64,000 bases of DNA, taken from assembly GCA_036172245.1 (NCBI GenBank), contig JAYWIR010000008.1, positions 248,001 to 312,000 of the forward strand. The letters are read 5' to 3'. The translations under genes were made by a program, and so were the position numbers. Origin of the DNA: Raillietiella orientalis (Eukaryota). How positions within the stretch are numbered: position 1 is the first letter of the stretch; every line of letters begins with the position of its first letter. This document shows positions 39,501-52,319 of the stretch, piece after piece. A model generated the notes under the pieces. It saw nothing but the letters and a program-made list of their open reading frames with translations, ran no database searches and had not been told where the DNA came from.

Positions 39501-40986
39501 CGGTGCTGTCCCCCAAGTGCAATTTTTCCCCAGTTTCGACATCTGCATGCTGGATGGGAAGGATCGGACTGGGCCAAGGTCGAATCCACACAAGCGAAAC
39601 CATGGATGTGAAAAACTCCCTGTGGCCATGAGAAGATGTCACAGGCAGACGCGCCTGACAGAAGGAACGGCTGCTTTGGTGAGGGAAAGGCGTTTCGGAA
39701 AGCCGAGCCAAACTCACCGTTGCGGTTGATTTTTCCCATTCAAGCCTGGAGGGTCCCATTTTGATCCTCACGAGCCACGCGACCACTCACCAATCATGGC
39801 ATTCAATTTTTACATATTGAAATTCGGACACGTGAACTGGAATGACCACGACTCGCACGACTCCTACCAGCAATTTCTCAGGAGAAAGCTACGCAGAAAC
39901 GGAAGGATAGCATGAATGATTCAAATATCCGTCGAAATAAGTAAGATAAACGAGATGTGTGGTGCTTTCCTCCCAGAAAATCCGCCAACGCCAAAGGGCC
40001 CGAAACGCTTGAATCATTTCGCAGTGACCAAAGTGACTTTTTCGTTTTCGGAGTTCGGATGAAACACACGCCGAGTCCTGAATGGATGCGTCGGAGCAGT
40101 GAAGATGGAATCCCTCTCGGGTTCTGAATGGGCTTTATTCGAATTTACCTTTATGCAGAAGCACATTGAAAACGGGAAGGTTAAGATGATGAGTAGAACG
40201 GAGAAAAAAGTTAAGATGATGGCACAACATCCAGGATCTCGAGGAGCAGCTAAAACAAATATTTTATGTCAACCATCATGAAATAGCATTCAGGAATTTT
40301 TTTTTTTTTTTTTTCTTCATTTGATCAATAAATTATCGCAAAGATCCAAAAACGGAGTGCTGACGATGAGGCCAAGAGGACTCGACAAAAATTGATTACT
40401 GTTGACCTGAAATTTATATGCAAGAATTTCAATTCAAAAAATGTACTCCACGCAATTCAAAACTGATTTTTCAGGAGTGCCAGCATTTTCTTTAAAGAGA
40501 AACGAAAAAATGAATTCACTTCGCTTCCGCAGGCGCCGAAAGGAGTGAATGGTATTTTTTTTGTCTTTTCCTTATTTAATCCTCTCTCTTTCTTATAGAA
40601 AATACCGAGCAACCGATTCATAATTCGAACGTTTCGAGGTTTATTCGGAGGAGACCACCAAAACTGTGAATTGGAATTGCATTTATTAATAACCAATCTA
40701 AAAATACATTTATTAAAAAGACTGTGTTTCAGTGTTTGTTGTGCCCTACTTAGGAGGTGTACTTCATATCAGTTTCGAAAATTGAAAGCTCGAATACCAG
40801 TTTCCCATACATTAATGTACAAAGTACCGCTTGTAAAATATTGAAATGATTTTTTTTTAAGGCAAAAGCGGTATGCATAACAGTATGCGTGGTAAAACAA
40901 AACAAAACATTACCCAATGGAACCTCTATATCCTCCACCTTTGCTCTATACCCTCTCTGTTTGGAGTCTTCAGAACTCGCTTTCAT
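30515..40986 (-). CDS. Stomatin/band-7 family protein, MEC-2-like, paralog 3 (287 aa, 7 coding exons)
   Basis: Exons 40914-40986, 40149-40249, 37759-37914, 34570-34667, 32671-32832, 30687-30852 and 30515-30622 sum to 864 nt in frame with GT-AG introns. Canonical [34 protein letters not shown]...[41 protein letters not shown] at 30476-30481 (minus). An acceptor just upstream of the ATG implies further 5' exon(s). Confidence 0.95.
34110..34330 (-). mobile_element. Non-LTR RT remnant
   Basis: [14 protein letters not shown]...[19 protein letters not shown] matches the Q.GFRPGRS...LD+ region. Confidence 0.5.
35050..35320 (+). mobile_element. RTE-like LINE 3' remnant
   Basis: KKVLGI / RWHDR...EDLL resembles R.ILGI.W.D...N.E+L. 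Confidence 0.35.
37060..37330 (+). mobile_element. RTE-like LINE 3' remnant
   Basis: [25 protein letters not shown] resembles I.W.D+.TN.EVL.RA...RW. Confidence 0.35.
38700..39250 (+). mobile_element. Second, older piggyBac transposase remnant
   Basis: [35 protein letters not shown] resembles YTGK...GR.+..D...KG.VD..D...+C.RKT.RW...F. Confidence 0.4.
39304..39335. repeat. Perfect 14-bp hairpin
   Basis: CAAAGAACACGGCT-CCTC-AGCCGTGTTCTTTG. Confidence 0.9.
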
Positions 40987-41624
40987 TTTGCTTGCTGTTA
41001 AGTACTAAACACACACACACATCTGTTTGTGGTGGGGTATTGTGAAAACCACAACACCGATTCCCGGGAAATCGAAGAGGACTGGGGAAACGACTTTCGT
41101 TTCTTACGGCTCTTGCAAACCGTCACTGATTAGTATACCTACATACGTGAAAATAACTTTCCTGCAGCAAAGTATTAATACATGGAGAAAATCAGAACGT
41201 GTACGGGGTGTTCGATTCACGAGAGCACATACATTGAAAAAATAAATAAATAAATAAAACGCAGAGCGGCACTTGAAGAAAACACTTTTTTCCCTGTTGT
41301 CAGCTCTGAAGCGGCACACTTTTTTTACAGGCGAACGTGCACTGATGACGAAAAAAAAAACTGTTTGTCACGGAAGCAAAAAAATCCATCTGATTCTTTT
41401 GGGGGGGAGGGGAGGGGGGGAGGCCTGAATTTTTTTTTTATTTTTGCATTCAGCCTGCAAAAGTCCAAAAAATAAAATAAAATAAAAATAAAACACATTT
41501 TCATTAACGCTGAATAACAAAAGGAATCAATTAGCTCTTTTCAAGAAGAAGAAAATGGATGACTCAAAAGGGAACACAAACACCTCTGCACCGCAACTGA
41601 CGATGCGGTCCAAACGCAAGAGCG

Positions 41625-41735
41625 CGTGCAGATGAAACCAATGGCAACAGCAGGTAACCAGCGCAACAATGGGACTGACGGAGTCGGTCCCATTGTTGCG
41701 TATGCAGCTGGCCACGGATCCATTTCGCTGCAGTT
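41625..41735. repeat. Palindromic (MITE-like) element with an 18-bp core stem
   Basis: CGCAACAATGGGACTGAC-GGA-GTCGGTCCCATTGTTGCG at 41662-41700 (one G-T pair); weaker symmetry extends outward. Confidence 0.7.
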
Positions 41736-42164
41736 GCACACTCGCATACACTTCCGTGCAACTTCTTTGGCCCTGCAACAACAAATGTACGTACGTGCAC
41801 ATGTACATACACAGCCGCACGCACGTGTGCGGACTGAAACGGGCGTTCAATCAATCAAGAACCTTCCTACAAATTTAACAGAAGTACCACATCCTTTTCC
41901 CGTATTTTGTTGTGGATTCTTCAAGAACTCGACTATTCGAATTGGGGACACATATATACATATATGTGTGTGTGTGTGTGTATATGTATATCTAGAGAGA
42001 AAGCTTCGAAAGACTCAAGGGCATCCAAACCAAAAATGTGTCGTTTTCGCTTGTAGCCACATGCACGTGTAAAGCTGCAGAATGAAACCATGATCCAACT
42101 CCCACATGGGTGTACCTGGACGATCAACCACACCGAAGTCTTTGCACACAAACGAACAACCAAC

Positions 42165-42280
42165 GCCTATCTGTTCCTTCCGACTGCTGCAACTCGGGGG
42201 GTTTCGAGTCATTTCATCCGTGTCTGTAGCTGCGTGTGTGTCCGTGTGCGTGTGATTTCAGACCGAATAGGATTTCAGAT
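42165..42280 (+). repeat. Dispersed repeat, copy 1
   Basis: GTTCCTTCCGACT..ACTCGG..TTTCGAGTCATTTCATCCGTGTCTGTAGCTGC recurs at about 44105-44220. Confidence 0.8.
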
Positions 42281-42649
42281 TCGTAAAGATCCGGCTGCTG
42301 GAAGAATTCTGAGGCGTCCCAAAACCGAATGAATGAATGGCGCCATTCAAGCCGGATCGGTTTCTCAGCATTCAGCTGGCAGCTGATGTCGTGAGTTCAA
42401 GTGGCACATGGCGCGAGCGCGATCGGTACGAACCGAAAAACAAACAAACCTTAAAAGCGGGGATGGGGGGGGGGGGGGAACCTCGCCTTTGGCAGAGCCG
42501 AACTTGCCGAAACGTGCTGGCGGTGCTTGAAAACAGATGGTGTTTGCATTCAGCGCTCTTCTCGACTCATTTCTTGCAATGCAGCAACGCAGTCGCTAAA
42601 ACGAAGTGAAAAGCTTTCGGTGGAAAAGCGAGGCGACCACCTCTTCCCA

Positions 42650-43070
42650 CGAGATCCGCTTCTTGCCCTCAACGTCCACGATGGCCCTAAAATTTCAATC
42701 CCGGAAATGAAAAAAAAGACAAAGCAACTCGTAAGGAAGGGCACGAACCGAGGGATCTCGGCTCACGGCTGTTGGGATACACCGAATGCTGGGATGGCAC
42801 GAAATCAGGAAAACAGAAGGACCACTACTACGGAAGATCTTGACCAACGTGTGTATACACTGTAGCGTTCTTCTTGTCAGTACGTGATGTTCACGACGTA
42901 TTTCCAACTGTAAATCCATTTCACAAATACTCTATGGGTCGGGATGCAGAAGACTTCGGCATCCACCTGGAGATGCGTCCAGAACCATCTATTAAAATGA
43001 TTTTTATCCTCGCTGTTTTTAGGATTAGGGTGTGGCCCAGGACGTTCTCCCGAAACGCAGTACGATGTAA
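42650..43070 (+). mobile_element. CR1/L2-like RT N-terminal remnant
   Basis: PKISIPEMKKKTKQL ... VFPT..PFHK..GRDAEDFG..MRP..IKMI follow the expected order of RT N-terminal motifs. Confidence 0.35.
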
Positions 43071-44104
43071 CGAAAACTTGCGGAAAACAAAAACAAAGAG
43101 AGCGACTTTTTTTTCTTCTTCTTCTGCGGTGTGTTCTTGCAAGATGCTTGCGAGAGGCTTCGCACGAGATATTTCTCACAGAGAGGCAACCCTGTCCACT
43201 GACTGCCCATCACTCTTGTCGTGTTGGCTGCCATAGCAGAACCCTGGTTCAGACTGATGCTCGTCCCGATACCGTTTCTCCTCGTCCAGTACCACGGGAA
43301 TTTCTGCTGCTGTGGGGGTTTCTCGAATAGTGGAAATGTACCGAGAAATCGACACCTCGCGACGGCCCACGACGATGAGGACTTTTTCGGAGCTGCCACG
43401 TGAAGGCGCCCACGGCACTCTCCAGGAAAGAACGCAGAGTCGGGGGGGGGACAAACAAAACGAACAGAAAAAAAAAAAAAAAAAAAAACAACGGATCGGT
43501 TTCGAAGGTCAGTCCTTCGAGAGGGGGAACGCACCGGCAGGCTGCGAACACGGGTCGAACAGCAAACACACAGTGCACCAAGGAAACGAAGCTCTTGTGC
43601 TTTTTATCTGGCTGAAAGACATTTTCCTTGTTGAGCTGCCCCTCCCTTATCTTCCGTGTTCCTTCGCAAAGCAATAAAGTTCCGAAATCCAGCGTTGCAA
43701 ATCGAGAACTGCTCTCTGCTCCGGATCGCCGGAGGAAGAAGAAGAAGAAGGAAAAAGAAAAATTCTCGAAAATGGCAACCACCTGAAAGGAAGTGATTGC
43801 AGAATAGTGAACCTCATTATTCTCCAGCACTTCTCAATCAATGCTGAGGTGTACCTGCCAGAGCTTTTCCGGAGATACCAGCCTTTTTTTCGAACAAGCC
43901 CTGCGAAGCGACTTCAGTTCACTCGATGAGCACAAATGAAGTGACTTTTACAGCAGCCACTGCGATTCGAACCGCAAGCAGCCGGAGCCGTGCAAAAAAC
44001 AAGGGTCCCACTCAGTCCGTCTTCTTCAAGCAATTTTTTCGAGGGTATTACTCGTAGGGGACGCTCTCTCCAATGTGCTACCACAATTACTATGGTACTT
44101 GTAC

Positions 44105-44220
44105 CTACTCGTTCCTTTCGACTTCTGAGACTCGGATTTCGAATCATTTCATCCGTGTCTGTAGCTGCTGTGTGTGTGTCTTGCATGGAAAGGAAACGCA
44201 CTCTGGGTTTAAGGATTTCA
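44105..44220 (+). repeat. Dispersed repeat, copy 2
   Basis: Shares TCATTTCATCCGTGTCTGTAGCTGC and flanks with 42165-42280. Confidence 0.8.
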
Positions 44221-44494
44221 AGTGGGTGTGTGCAGCTGCCGCAGCAGCACTTCTTGCGTCAATGCTGAAATCTGATGTCGGAGGATTCGTGCTTCGACTT
44301 CAAGGATTTCCACGATAGCAGCGATCGCATTGGGCTAAAGCAGAATTAGGGGATCGGAAAATAGGTCACTTTAATAGAGGTCGATGACTGAAGCGATCCA
44401 CGAAAAATGGAAACAACGATAAAGTGTACGTCATACCTGATAAGCTGAACGTTTGAAAGCTAAGAGGAAGACCTTTTTCATTTAGAAAAACGCA

Positions 44495-44505
44495 AAATTA
44501 TCTGT

Positions 44506-44550
<45 letters not shown>

Positions 44551-44564
44551 CAGATAATTTAATC

Positions 44565-44598
<34 letters not shown>

Positions 44599-44602
44599 GA
44601 TT
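44495..44602. repeat. Two abutting palindromes, each centred on a (TA)n microsatellite
   Basis: AAATTATCTGTTA-CA(TA)n-TAACAGATAATTT (44495-44560), immediately followed by AATCCTTT-(AT)n-AAAGGATT (44561-44602). Confidence 0.92.
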
Positions 44603-47600
44603 TCCAACAGGATGAGATCATGTCCAGATGATCATGGAGCACTTACATTCATATCCTTTTCAAGGCAAGGATTCAAAAGTACTGATTCAAGCATACTGGA
44701 ATATGTTGATAGAAAAAGAAGCCACAAATCCTGGATCGAAAATCCCGTTCACCGTTTTGCGAATGAAATGAGGGGAGCTCTCCAAGTGCTTATTTCCGAC
44801 TTTGAAGTTACGTTTTTCGTCGAATTCTGAAACCCACGACCGACCTGAGGAAAACCAAACCAATGCGTTCGACGAGAAGTGACCCGCCGCGTGCTGACTG
44901 AAAACGGAACTTTCTCGCATCCAGGGGTCACGAACTCGAGGCATTCTATAGATCACCGAGCCCAAGGGAAACGGATTTACACCCGGAAGAAGACACACTT
45001 CCCAGTGGGTTTCCCCTCAGCAACCCGTTCACGATCCGACAGTCCCTCGATGATACTGTAAGGTACACACAGCCAGAGAAAAAAAAAAAAAAAAAGCCCG
45101 CAGATAAGTACCGCAGTAAGAAGGACATGGGAGGCTGACTTCAAATGGCCCCACAATGTCTTCATGTCGATAGAAATCGCACCCGATCGAATACAAACTG
45201 CTGCCCACTGGACACTTTCATACTGAATGACAGAAAGTCCGTGCAAATTTACCGCAGTCATCTCATGCGACACACGAAAGAAGTTGGTGGTGAACATGCC
45301 TTTTGACTACGTACGCTTTTGTACACAACCTCGTGACACACACGTACACGCATAACTTCACACACGATCGTACGACATGAGTGCGAGATGGCGACTTCCA
45401 CTTTTGTTTTCGTACATTTGTTCGTACGAAATCGCTGCCGGGATCCTTCGGAACAAATTGTCTTCAGAACAAGAAAACGTAACCCGCAAAGAGAACTCGT
45501 AATTTCTATGACGTCATCGTTCACCACATGTTTGTGTATCACATGCATAATATATTCTGTGAAAACTCCATTCGTCTCATAAGCAAACAAATCTTTCGTG
45601 ATCTACAGAACAGTTGTACACGTTCGACACAAGGCTATTGTTGTATACAGACAGTATACTAACACATACGAAAAAATAAATACGTACTATTTATAATCTT
45701 TGCTGCTTACCAACTGCTTTGTAAGATTGATCGCATCTAATAACCAAGGGTTCCAATAAATAAGTGAATCATAATTATCCATGCATCCTGTGCTGACAAT
45801 GTAAATTATTATTCGTACCATCTTCTGTTTTCCATATACAATCTTCTGAGTCATACCCAACTGTGTGAAAACATTTGAGAAGCTGCGCCAATAGCTGACA
45901 TTATAGTGGTCAGTTTCTTTTTTTTTTATCCCAATTCCATCATCATTCCATAGTGGTCAGTTAAATACATAATAGTGGTCAGACAAGAGACCTTCTGCAT
46001 GTTTACGCTTTGGTGCCTATCGTTTAAGAATTGACTGTAAACCTTAAAGAGCTCAAGCTGGATGTCATGCAGCGTTGCTGTCCTTTTACAAGAAGTCTCT
46101 CAACACCGTCCTACTGTGTCTCAATTACCGAAAAGAATGCCTCAAATCAACGGCTGCAAATGCGAGTACTGAGGTTAATCTGAATGCCAAAGGATCGTGG
46201 CAGAATTTTTCGGACCCTTCTTCTACTGTTAAGAAAGATACGAAGCCCTAAAAACACCAACAGCCTTCAAGGAAGGGGAAAAAAGAGCTGCTGCCACGAT
46301 ACGGAAAGATTTTTGCAGGACGTTGCATCCCATCACTCTGCAACTCTCTGCCGGGAAAGGAACGGAGAGCAGACGAGTAAAGTTGAAAACAAACGAATGC
46401 AAAAAAAGAAAAGAAAAAAGGAACGAAAATGAAGAAACCGGCGATTCGCCGAACCTACTTGAGGACCGGAGGAGGCGCAGAAACCGTTGATGGGAGCAAA
46501 CAACGAAACAAACGATGGCATCTTTACCAAATCGCAAGTAGAAAAAAGAGAAAAAAGAATGCATGCAATGCGAAACCAGTGAGTTCTTGCAGGAATGCAG
46601 CATCCCAAGGGCAAAGTCACGGCTGCATTACACATACGCGACCGATCGGCTCGCGAGCGTCGGAGTGCGCCGCTCGAGCGGCAGCTGAAGGCAGAAACGC
46701 AGAGTGAACCACAGAAACGGGAACGGTTCCTCGAACGTTCCCGCCTCTCCAGGACCGCCCCTTGTTGACAAAGCAACGCCCATTCTCAAGAGGAGAGGCC
46801 CTCCTCCCGACTGCGGACGAATCTCGCGCGGTGGGCGAGCCACCTTTTCCCTCGGACCCACAACCCGGACCAAACGCCCGCGAGAATTCCCACGCCTGCC
46901 CACACGCTGCAAAAGAGGGAAGGGGGGGGGGGAGGGCATCTCCCGGAATTCCTGAGGCAAATCCTGTGCTCTGAACGCCTTATCTTTCAGAGGAACCACT
47001 TGAAGAAGCGCGCGGCGAAAGACGAGCACGAAGATGTGCGAGACCGGGAAATGCCCGCCTGGCATCATCATCTCACTTATCAGCAACCGACAGTTATTTC
47101 ACCGGAGCAGAGGGTTTCCAAATCATCGACGGAGGCCATTTTTTTTTTTAAAAAAAAAAAAATCTCAACGGCGGACCAGCTAGAGCTAAGAGCCCACCCA
47201 GTTGCATGTCCGGGATCGTAGAGAGGAGGAAGAGGAAGCCCGCTGTACGCTGTGGTCCACCCGTTCCACAGCCAACGATCTCTAAAAGCTAAAAGTTGCC
47301 TTCCACTCGTTTTCCATGATTCCTGCACGCCGAAGACGCAGCGGCCCCGAGCAGCAGATGGGATGGGGAGCACAGCCCGCAGGAGCGAACGGTGATCCTT
47401 GATCCGCAGGATCAGGGACTGGCGCCGCCGAAACCTTCGGGATTTTTGGACACAACACTACTTTGGGTCGCTTGCAAGTCCAAACGGCGGATTCTGTTCC
47501 GGGATTCGTAGCCAGCAAACGGCAGTACAAACGGGAGAAGTCAAAGGGATTACAAAAAGGGGAAGTTGCAGATGGAGAGGGGGGGGGGGGAAGAGAAGGG

Positions 47601-48659
47601 GAGAAAGGAGAAGAAACAATAACAATAATAATGGTCTACAAAAGTACCTTAACTGTACAGGCAAATCAATGCAAACATTCTTTCCTTCTTTTTTTTCTTG
47701 CAAAATTACATTCGTCAAATTAAGTGTGCTGACAAACGGCAAGCTGCGATGCAACAACAACAGGACTCCCTTCTTTTTACCCTTTATCCCGCTAACATGC
47801 TACACGTTCAAGCGCACACTGCATACGTCTTACGACAACAGTTTTCAAAATTACCAAAGCTGTTTTTCCTCTGATACTGATCAAACATTTCTTTACTTGC
47901 GTGGATTTCCTCCATGAGTTATACAAAAATCATCGCATAAGCATGCACAACACATCACTGCGTAAAAACGAAAACACTTGTGTGTGCCATCAGCACAGTG
48001 CTGACATCTTTTGGGGGCAAACGGATCTATACCGATGATCGTCCTCAGTCCATTGATTTCCTCCTTCCCGGTGGGGCTTTGCGGGCCGGGCGTGCACACG
48101 TGTGGGAATTTTGCCCACGTATTTTCACGAGATAAGCGTGTTTCCAACGAATTTATCTGATTCCCGTTCGGGGTATGTGAGGGTTGCGATGGGTTTTTTT
48201 TTTTTTGTGTGTTTTTTTTTGACCTGCATCACTGTATCGATTTTAAGCAGTGCATCTCCTGGGATTGACCCAAAAGTGTGAAACGTGCGATTCACATACG
48301 TTAAAATGGAAAATCGAATGTAACTGCTTATCCGAAATACAATATCCCCGCTGGACACGTTTGCAGAATAAATAGTGAAAACGCCAGCGAAATGCATGTG
48401 CACATCTTTTTATTCGTGATGACAAACGGTGCAATCCTGAGTTTCAAAAACTGATTACAGGAACCATGGGGCAAATCGAATATTGTCTTCCGTCCACTGG
48501 CTGAATCAATGAAAGCACTACTTATGTGCACATCTTCCGTTTGAAGGGGAAAAACGGTCACGTCACTTCCTGTTTTGATTTCTTGCTGTCCTCGTTCTTC
48601 TCGTTATTGAACGCCACCTTACCGTGATCACTTCCGTGTGGCAGATGGCACACAGTTCC

Positions 48660-48900
48660 CTAGTTGTGCCCTTTCTCGTTTTTGCTCCTGTTTGCTTCGA
48701 CCTCCGTGTTTTTGTCGACATTGGACCGAATTCTGTCGGAAGCTGCAATCAGTTGCTTACGGCGCATCCTTTACAAGGACAGAGAGGAGAAGGACGCCAA
48801 TCTGAAACTTCTTCATCGCATCCACTTGAAGCGCAACCAACTGGTTGTTCCAAAAGTCGTGGAAAGTAACTTATGTGCAGCTGGGTTGAAACCGAACTTT
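48660..48900 (+). mobile_element. RTE-clade LINE 3' remnant
   Basis: ILSEAAISCLRRILYKDREEKDANLKLLHRIHLKRNQLV..AG matches the RTE C-terminal AFEM.C.RRIL.I.W.EK.TN..VL.R...KR segment. Confidence 0.6.
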
Positions 48901-51900
48901 CCATGTTGGCTGGTCCTCGCGAAATTTCTCTTTTCTTATGCATTCTTTTCCCGGAAAACCACTGTTCATTCTTCTTGTTTTGCCAGATCCAGAAACGAGA
49001 GCACACCGGTTTTCTTAGTTTTCGAGCCTCTCCAGCTTCCGTGCCCCTCCGGGGCTTTCGAGTTTCATGAAGGCAAAGTGAACGATCTGAGGCTGAAGGA
49101 GTCAGGCCCTCAGAACGGACGCTTCATCATTTGCCGTGAAAAGACATGAGACCCGAGTGAATAACGCTCTGGGCACAAATCCGTCTCTAGTTCTGTGCAG
49201 TGTGTGTTCTTCCCTTTCCACTAGAGGATTTTCTTCTGCATCTCCGATCCGGGGCAACCGCTGTAACACTTCGAAGCTCCTGAAACAAGACAGACGTGCT
49301 GATAGACTGCCTCGTTCAGCAAGAGCCGGTGCCCTTATCCAGTGCATCCTGTGAGCTGCGTGACTCAGTTTCCCTCTCCACCAAGGAAGCCGACTCATAA
49401 CATGCGTCATCCCTTCTGTTTCAGAAGCGACCTCAGGAGGAGGAGTGGTCCTCGCGAAGAGATTCGCGTGCCGAAAAATGAGCGCGAAGATTGGGGTGGA
49501 AATGCAAAAACCCCAAAGTACGGGAATCACTTGCTCCAAATATTGGAGGCGAGAAACTGTCGCGGGTTTCTTTCTGATCTTCCTTGGATGAATAGTTGTG
49601 TAAGCACACTCTTTCTTTTATTCCCTATATAATGGTGAACTCGGTTGGGTGCATAAAGTAATTTCATTTCGGTGCCTCGGGGCGCCCATCAAACTAAAAA
49701 TCGGCTTTTGTGTTCTTTGTATTACGTAGCTTTTTGGTTCGTAACCAGACGACAAGCAAAAGTTCAGTATTCATGACGTATTTGTGAAAACAGGAATGCA
49801 GTAACAGTAGTAGGAAGTTGCTCATGTATTCCGGTTACCTGCAGAGGAAAAAATGACTATTCACATTAGCAATGAAATGAGATGGCCATGATGATGATGA
49901 TAGTTTCCACTGACAGAACGATTCTCTGTCTCTGAAGACCTTGTCCCTCGCAGGAAAGCGTAAGGAAAGCAAAACAGATGGGCACGCTGAAAACGTGAAG
50001 GGCCCAGCACTACGTGTGAATAGGGAATAAAACGAGGAAATCCAAACAGTAAAATGTAATGACCATTGGACTGTAGCTTATCCACAGTGGTTCAGCGGAC
50101 TGGAAGAAATTCCGTGTGCTATCCATGGTCCCTTCGAAAATGCCTTGTGACCAGACCGTGGTGCCCAGTGCTTTGGAGTTCTCGTTCCCGACCCCCATCT
50201 GCTCTACTTCTTTTTTTTTTCCCCCACCTTTTCTCAGCTTCCCAACCTCTCAAGTGCACACCCGAGCAAACACAAGATGCAACACATCTCGTCCCGATTC
50301 TTCATTTCTGCTCCCGCTCTTTCGTGGAAATCGTGCCCACGGAGGGTTTCATTGAAACGTAATTGAGCATGGCATTTGCATAAGCAAAAATTTCCAGATT
50401 TTATACACTGCTGCTCGTTTCGTTGCAGTTTCTTTCTTTCTCTCGCTTTTTTCCATCTCTGAGAAGGCTTTCCCCGGTCGTGCTTCTAATGAAAGCCCTG
50501 TTTCTGTTCCCTGTCCCTGAAACCGGGACACTGCCGTAAATCGCACCCTCCGGGCTGGTCATTAGCCATTCATAACGTCCACTCCTCAAAGGCTCACGGT
50601 ATGGATTAACAGCGTAATTCGATTTGATTTGCATACGTTAAAAACGCCGTGTGGCACTTTTCCTGCATTGCAATTAATACTCGCCCGCTGCAAATGTAAT
50701 TCTATCGTTTTCCGTGGAATAATTCTTACAACATTACGTTCCAGTGATAAAACATCTGCTGAAGGAGACCGCAGATTCGGGGCTACCGAGCAGAATTGCA
50801 CACGAACAATTTTTTTTTGCCCCCTCATTCTCTGAAAAGGCAACGGAAGACAGTAAGTGAATTTGTTTGACCAAAGCATCGAGAAGCTGAAGCAACCGAT
50901 TATGAAAAATGATGCATCAGACTTTTACGTGCGAGATGGATCTCTGTGGAAACCGCAGCCCAGCTGCGAGCAGCAGGGCGGCTCCTTTAGAGATTCATCT
51001 GGATGAAGGCAGCAGCGCTTGGAACTGGCCCGAACGGGGATCGGAATTGCCGCCTTGCTACGTGCTGTTAGCAGGGTCATCTACATGACCTCGGGGCTGG
51101 AGATTCAAAGTCAATGTAAATGCACCGATCTCGTGTTCATTCGATAAAATGCTTAAAAGTGCAAGTCCCTCAAGTTAAACGGACTCTTTTTTATTCACCA
51201 CTCAGATTCGATGGACACCCAATCATAAATTTTGCAAGTGAAACTCTGGAACGGAATGACAAGTATATTTTAAAAGGATGTGGCTGGTTTCTGAAAGCTG
51301 AAAGATTTTCCTGCAGTACTCAAACTTGTAGCAAGTGATCACTACAGGAAGCTTTCTGAATACCAGTGCATTTTGAATATGCCATGCAAAATTCGGATGC
51401 TCACTTAAGTGGCCTTGACCAACTCTTTCATATCCTACTTTTCTTAAGCATCTTAGGTATTACAGCTTGAACACAAAATAGAAGTCAGAATTCTGGCATC
51501 TGAATAAATAAGTGCATTCTTGATAGAAAGCTCAGGCACAAAATGATACCAGTACTAGATAAATAACTAATGAAATATTGTCAACTATGAGAATGTTTCC
51601 AGAACTGAAGTTGAACAGTTATGGGTGGTTTTTATACAAAATTTTGGTTAAATGCTAAATTCAATGATGAATATGGTGATAAATGCGAAATTTACATAAT
51701 TACACATATGAGTACCACTCTTGGACCTGTATTCCAACATGTTGACAGAAACTTCCCAAACACAATTAAGCTATAAGAGAGAATTTTGAATGTAATGTTC
51801 AATTCACGAAACATGTTGATGGTAACTGACTTCTCTGCAAGGGGTGAACTACATACAAACAGTACTAATGGATGCCTTATTGCTTAGATGATAAAATATC

Positions 51901-52319
51901 CATTTTCAATTATTTACCTCTCGTACAGATCTGATATTAAAGTTGATGAATCTCCAAACAATGGCTTTATTGCTAATTCATGGATTTAAAATAATTTCTG
52001 AATTCACTATTGATCATGAGCAATGAAATTCACATGGACACCAAGCTTTCACGAACTGGTGTGAACATGAAAATTGCTTCTAAAAAGAGTACACAATTTC
52101 CTTAATTTTATAACAAAACAATAAAGTTTATTTTCTCACTCATATTCTCTTCAATGTTTAGTTTAACAAATAAGGCAACTGGAGACAACGAACATGAATG
52201 GAAATATGTGCAGGTACACAATATATAATTCCCGTATCATAATTTTGATTATCTGACGAAAACCAAAAACGACATATACTAAATCAGTAATGTATCTACT
52301 TAGATTGCTGTACAATTTA

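Noticed and set aside
43174..43235. Alternative first exon for stomatin paralog 3 (MAANTTRVMGSQWTGLPL, phase 1)
   Set aside because: Phase fits but the donor is mediocre and there is no homology support; needs transcripts
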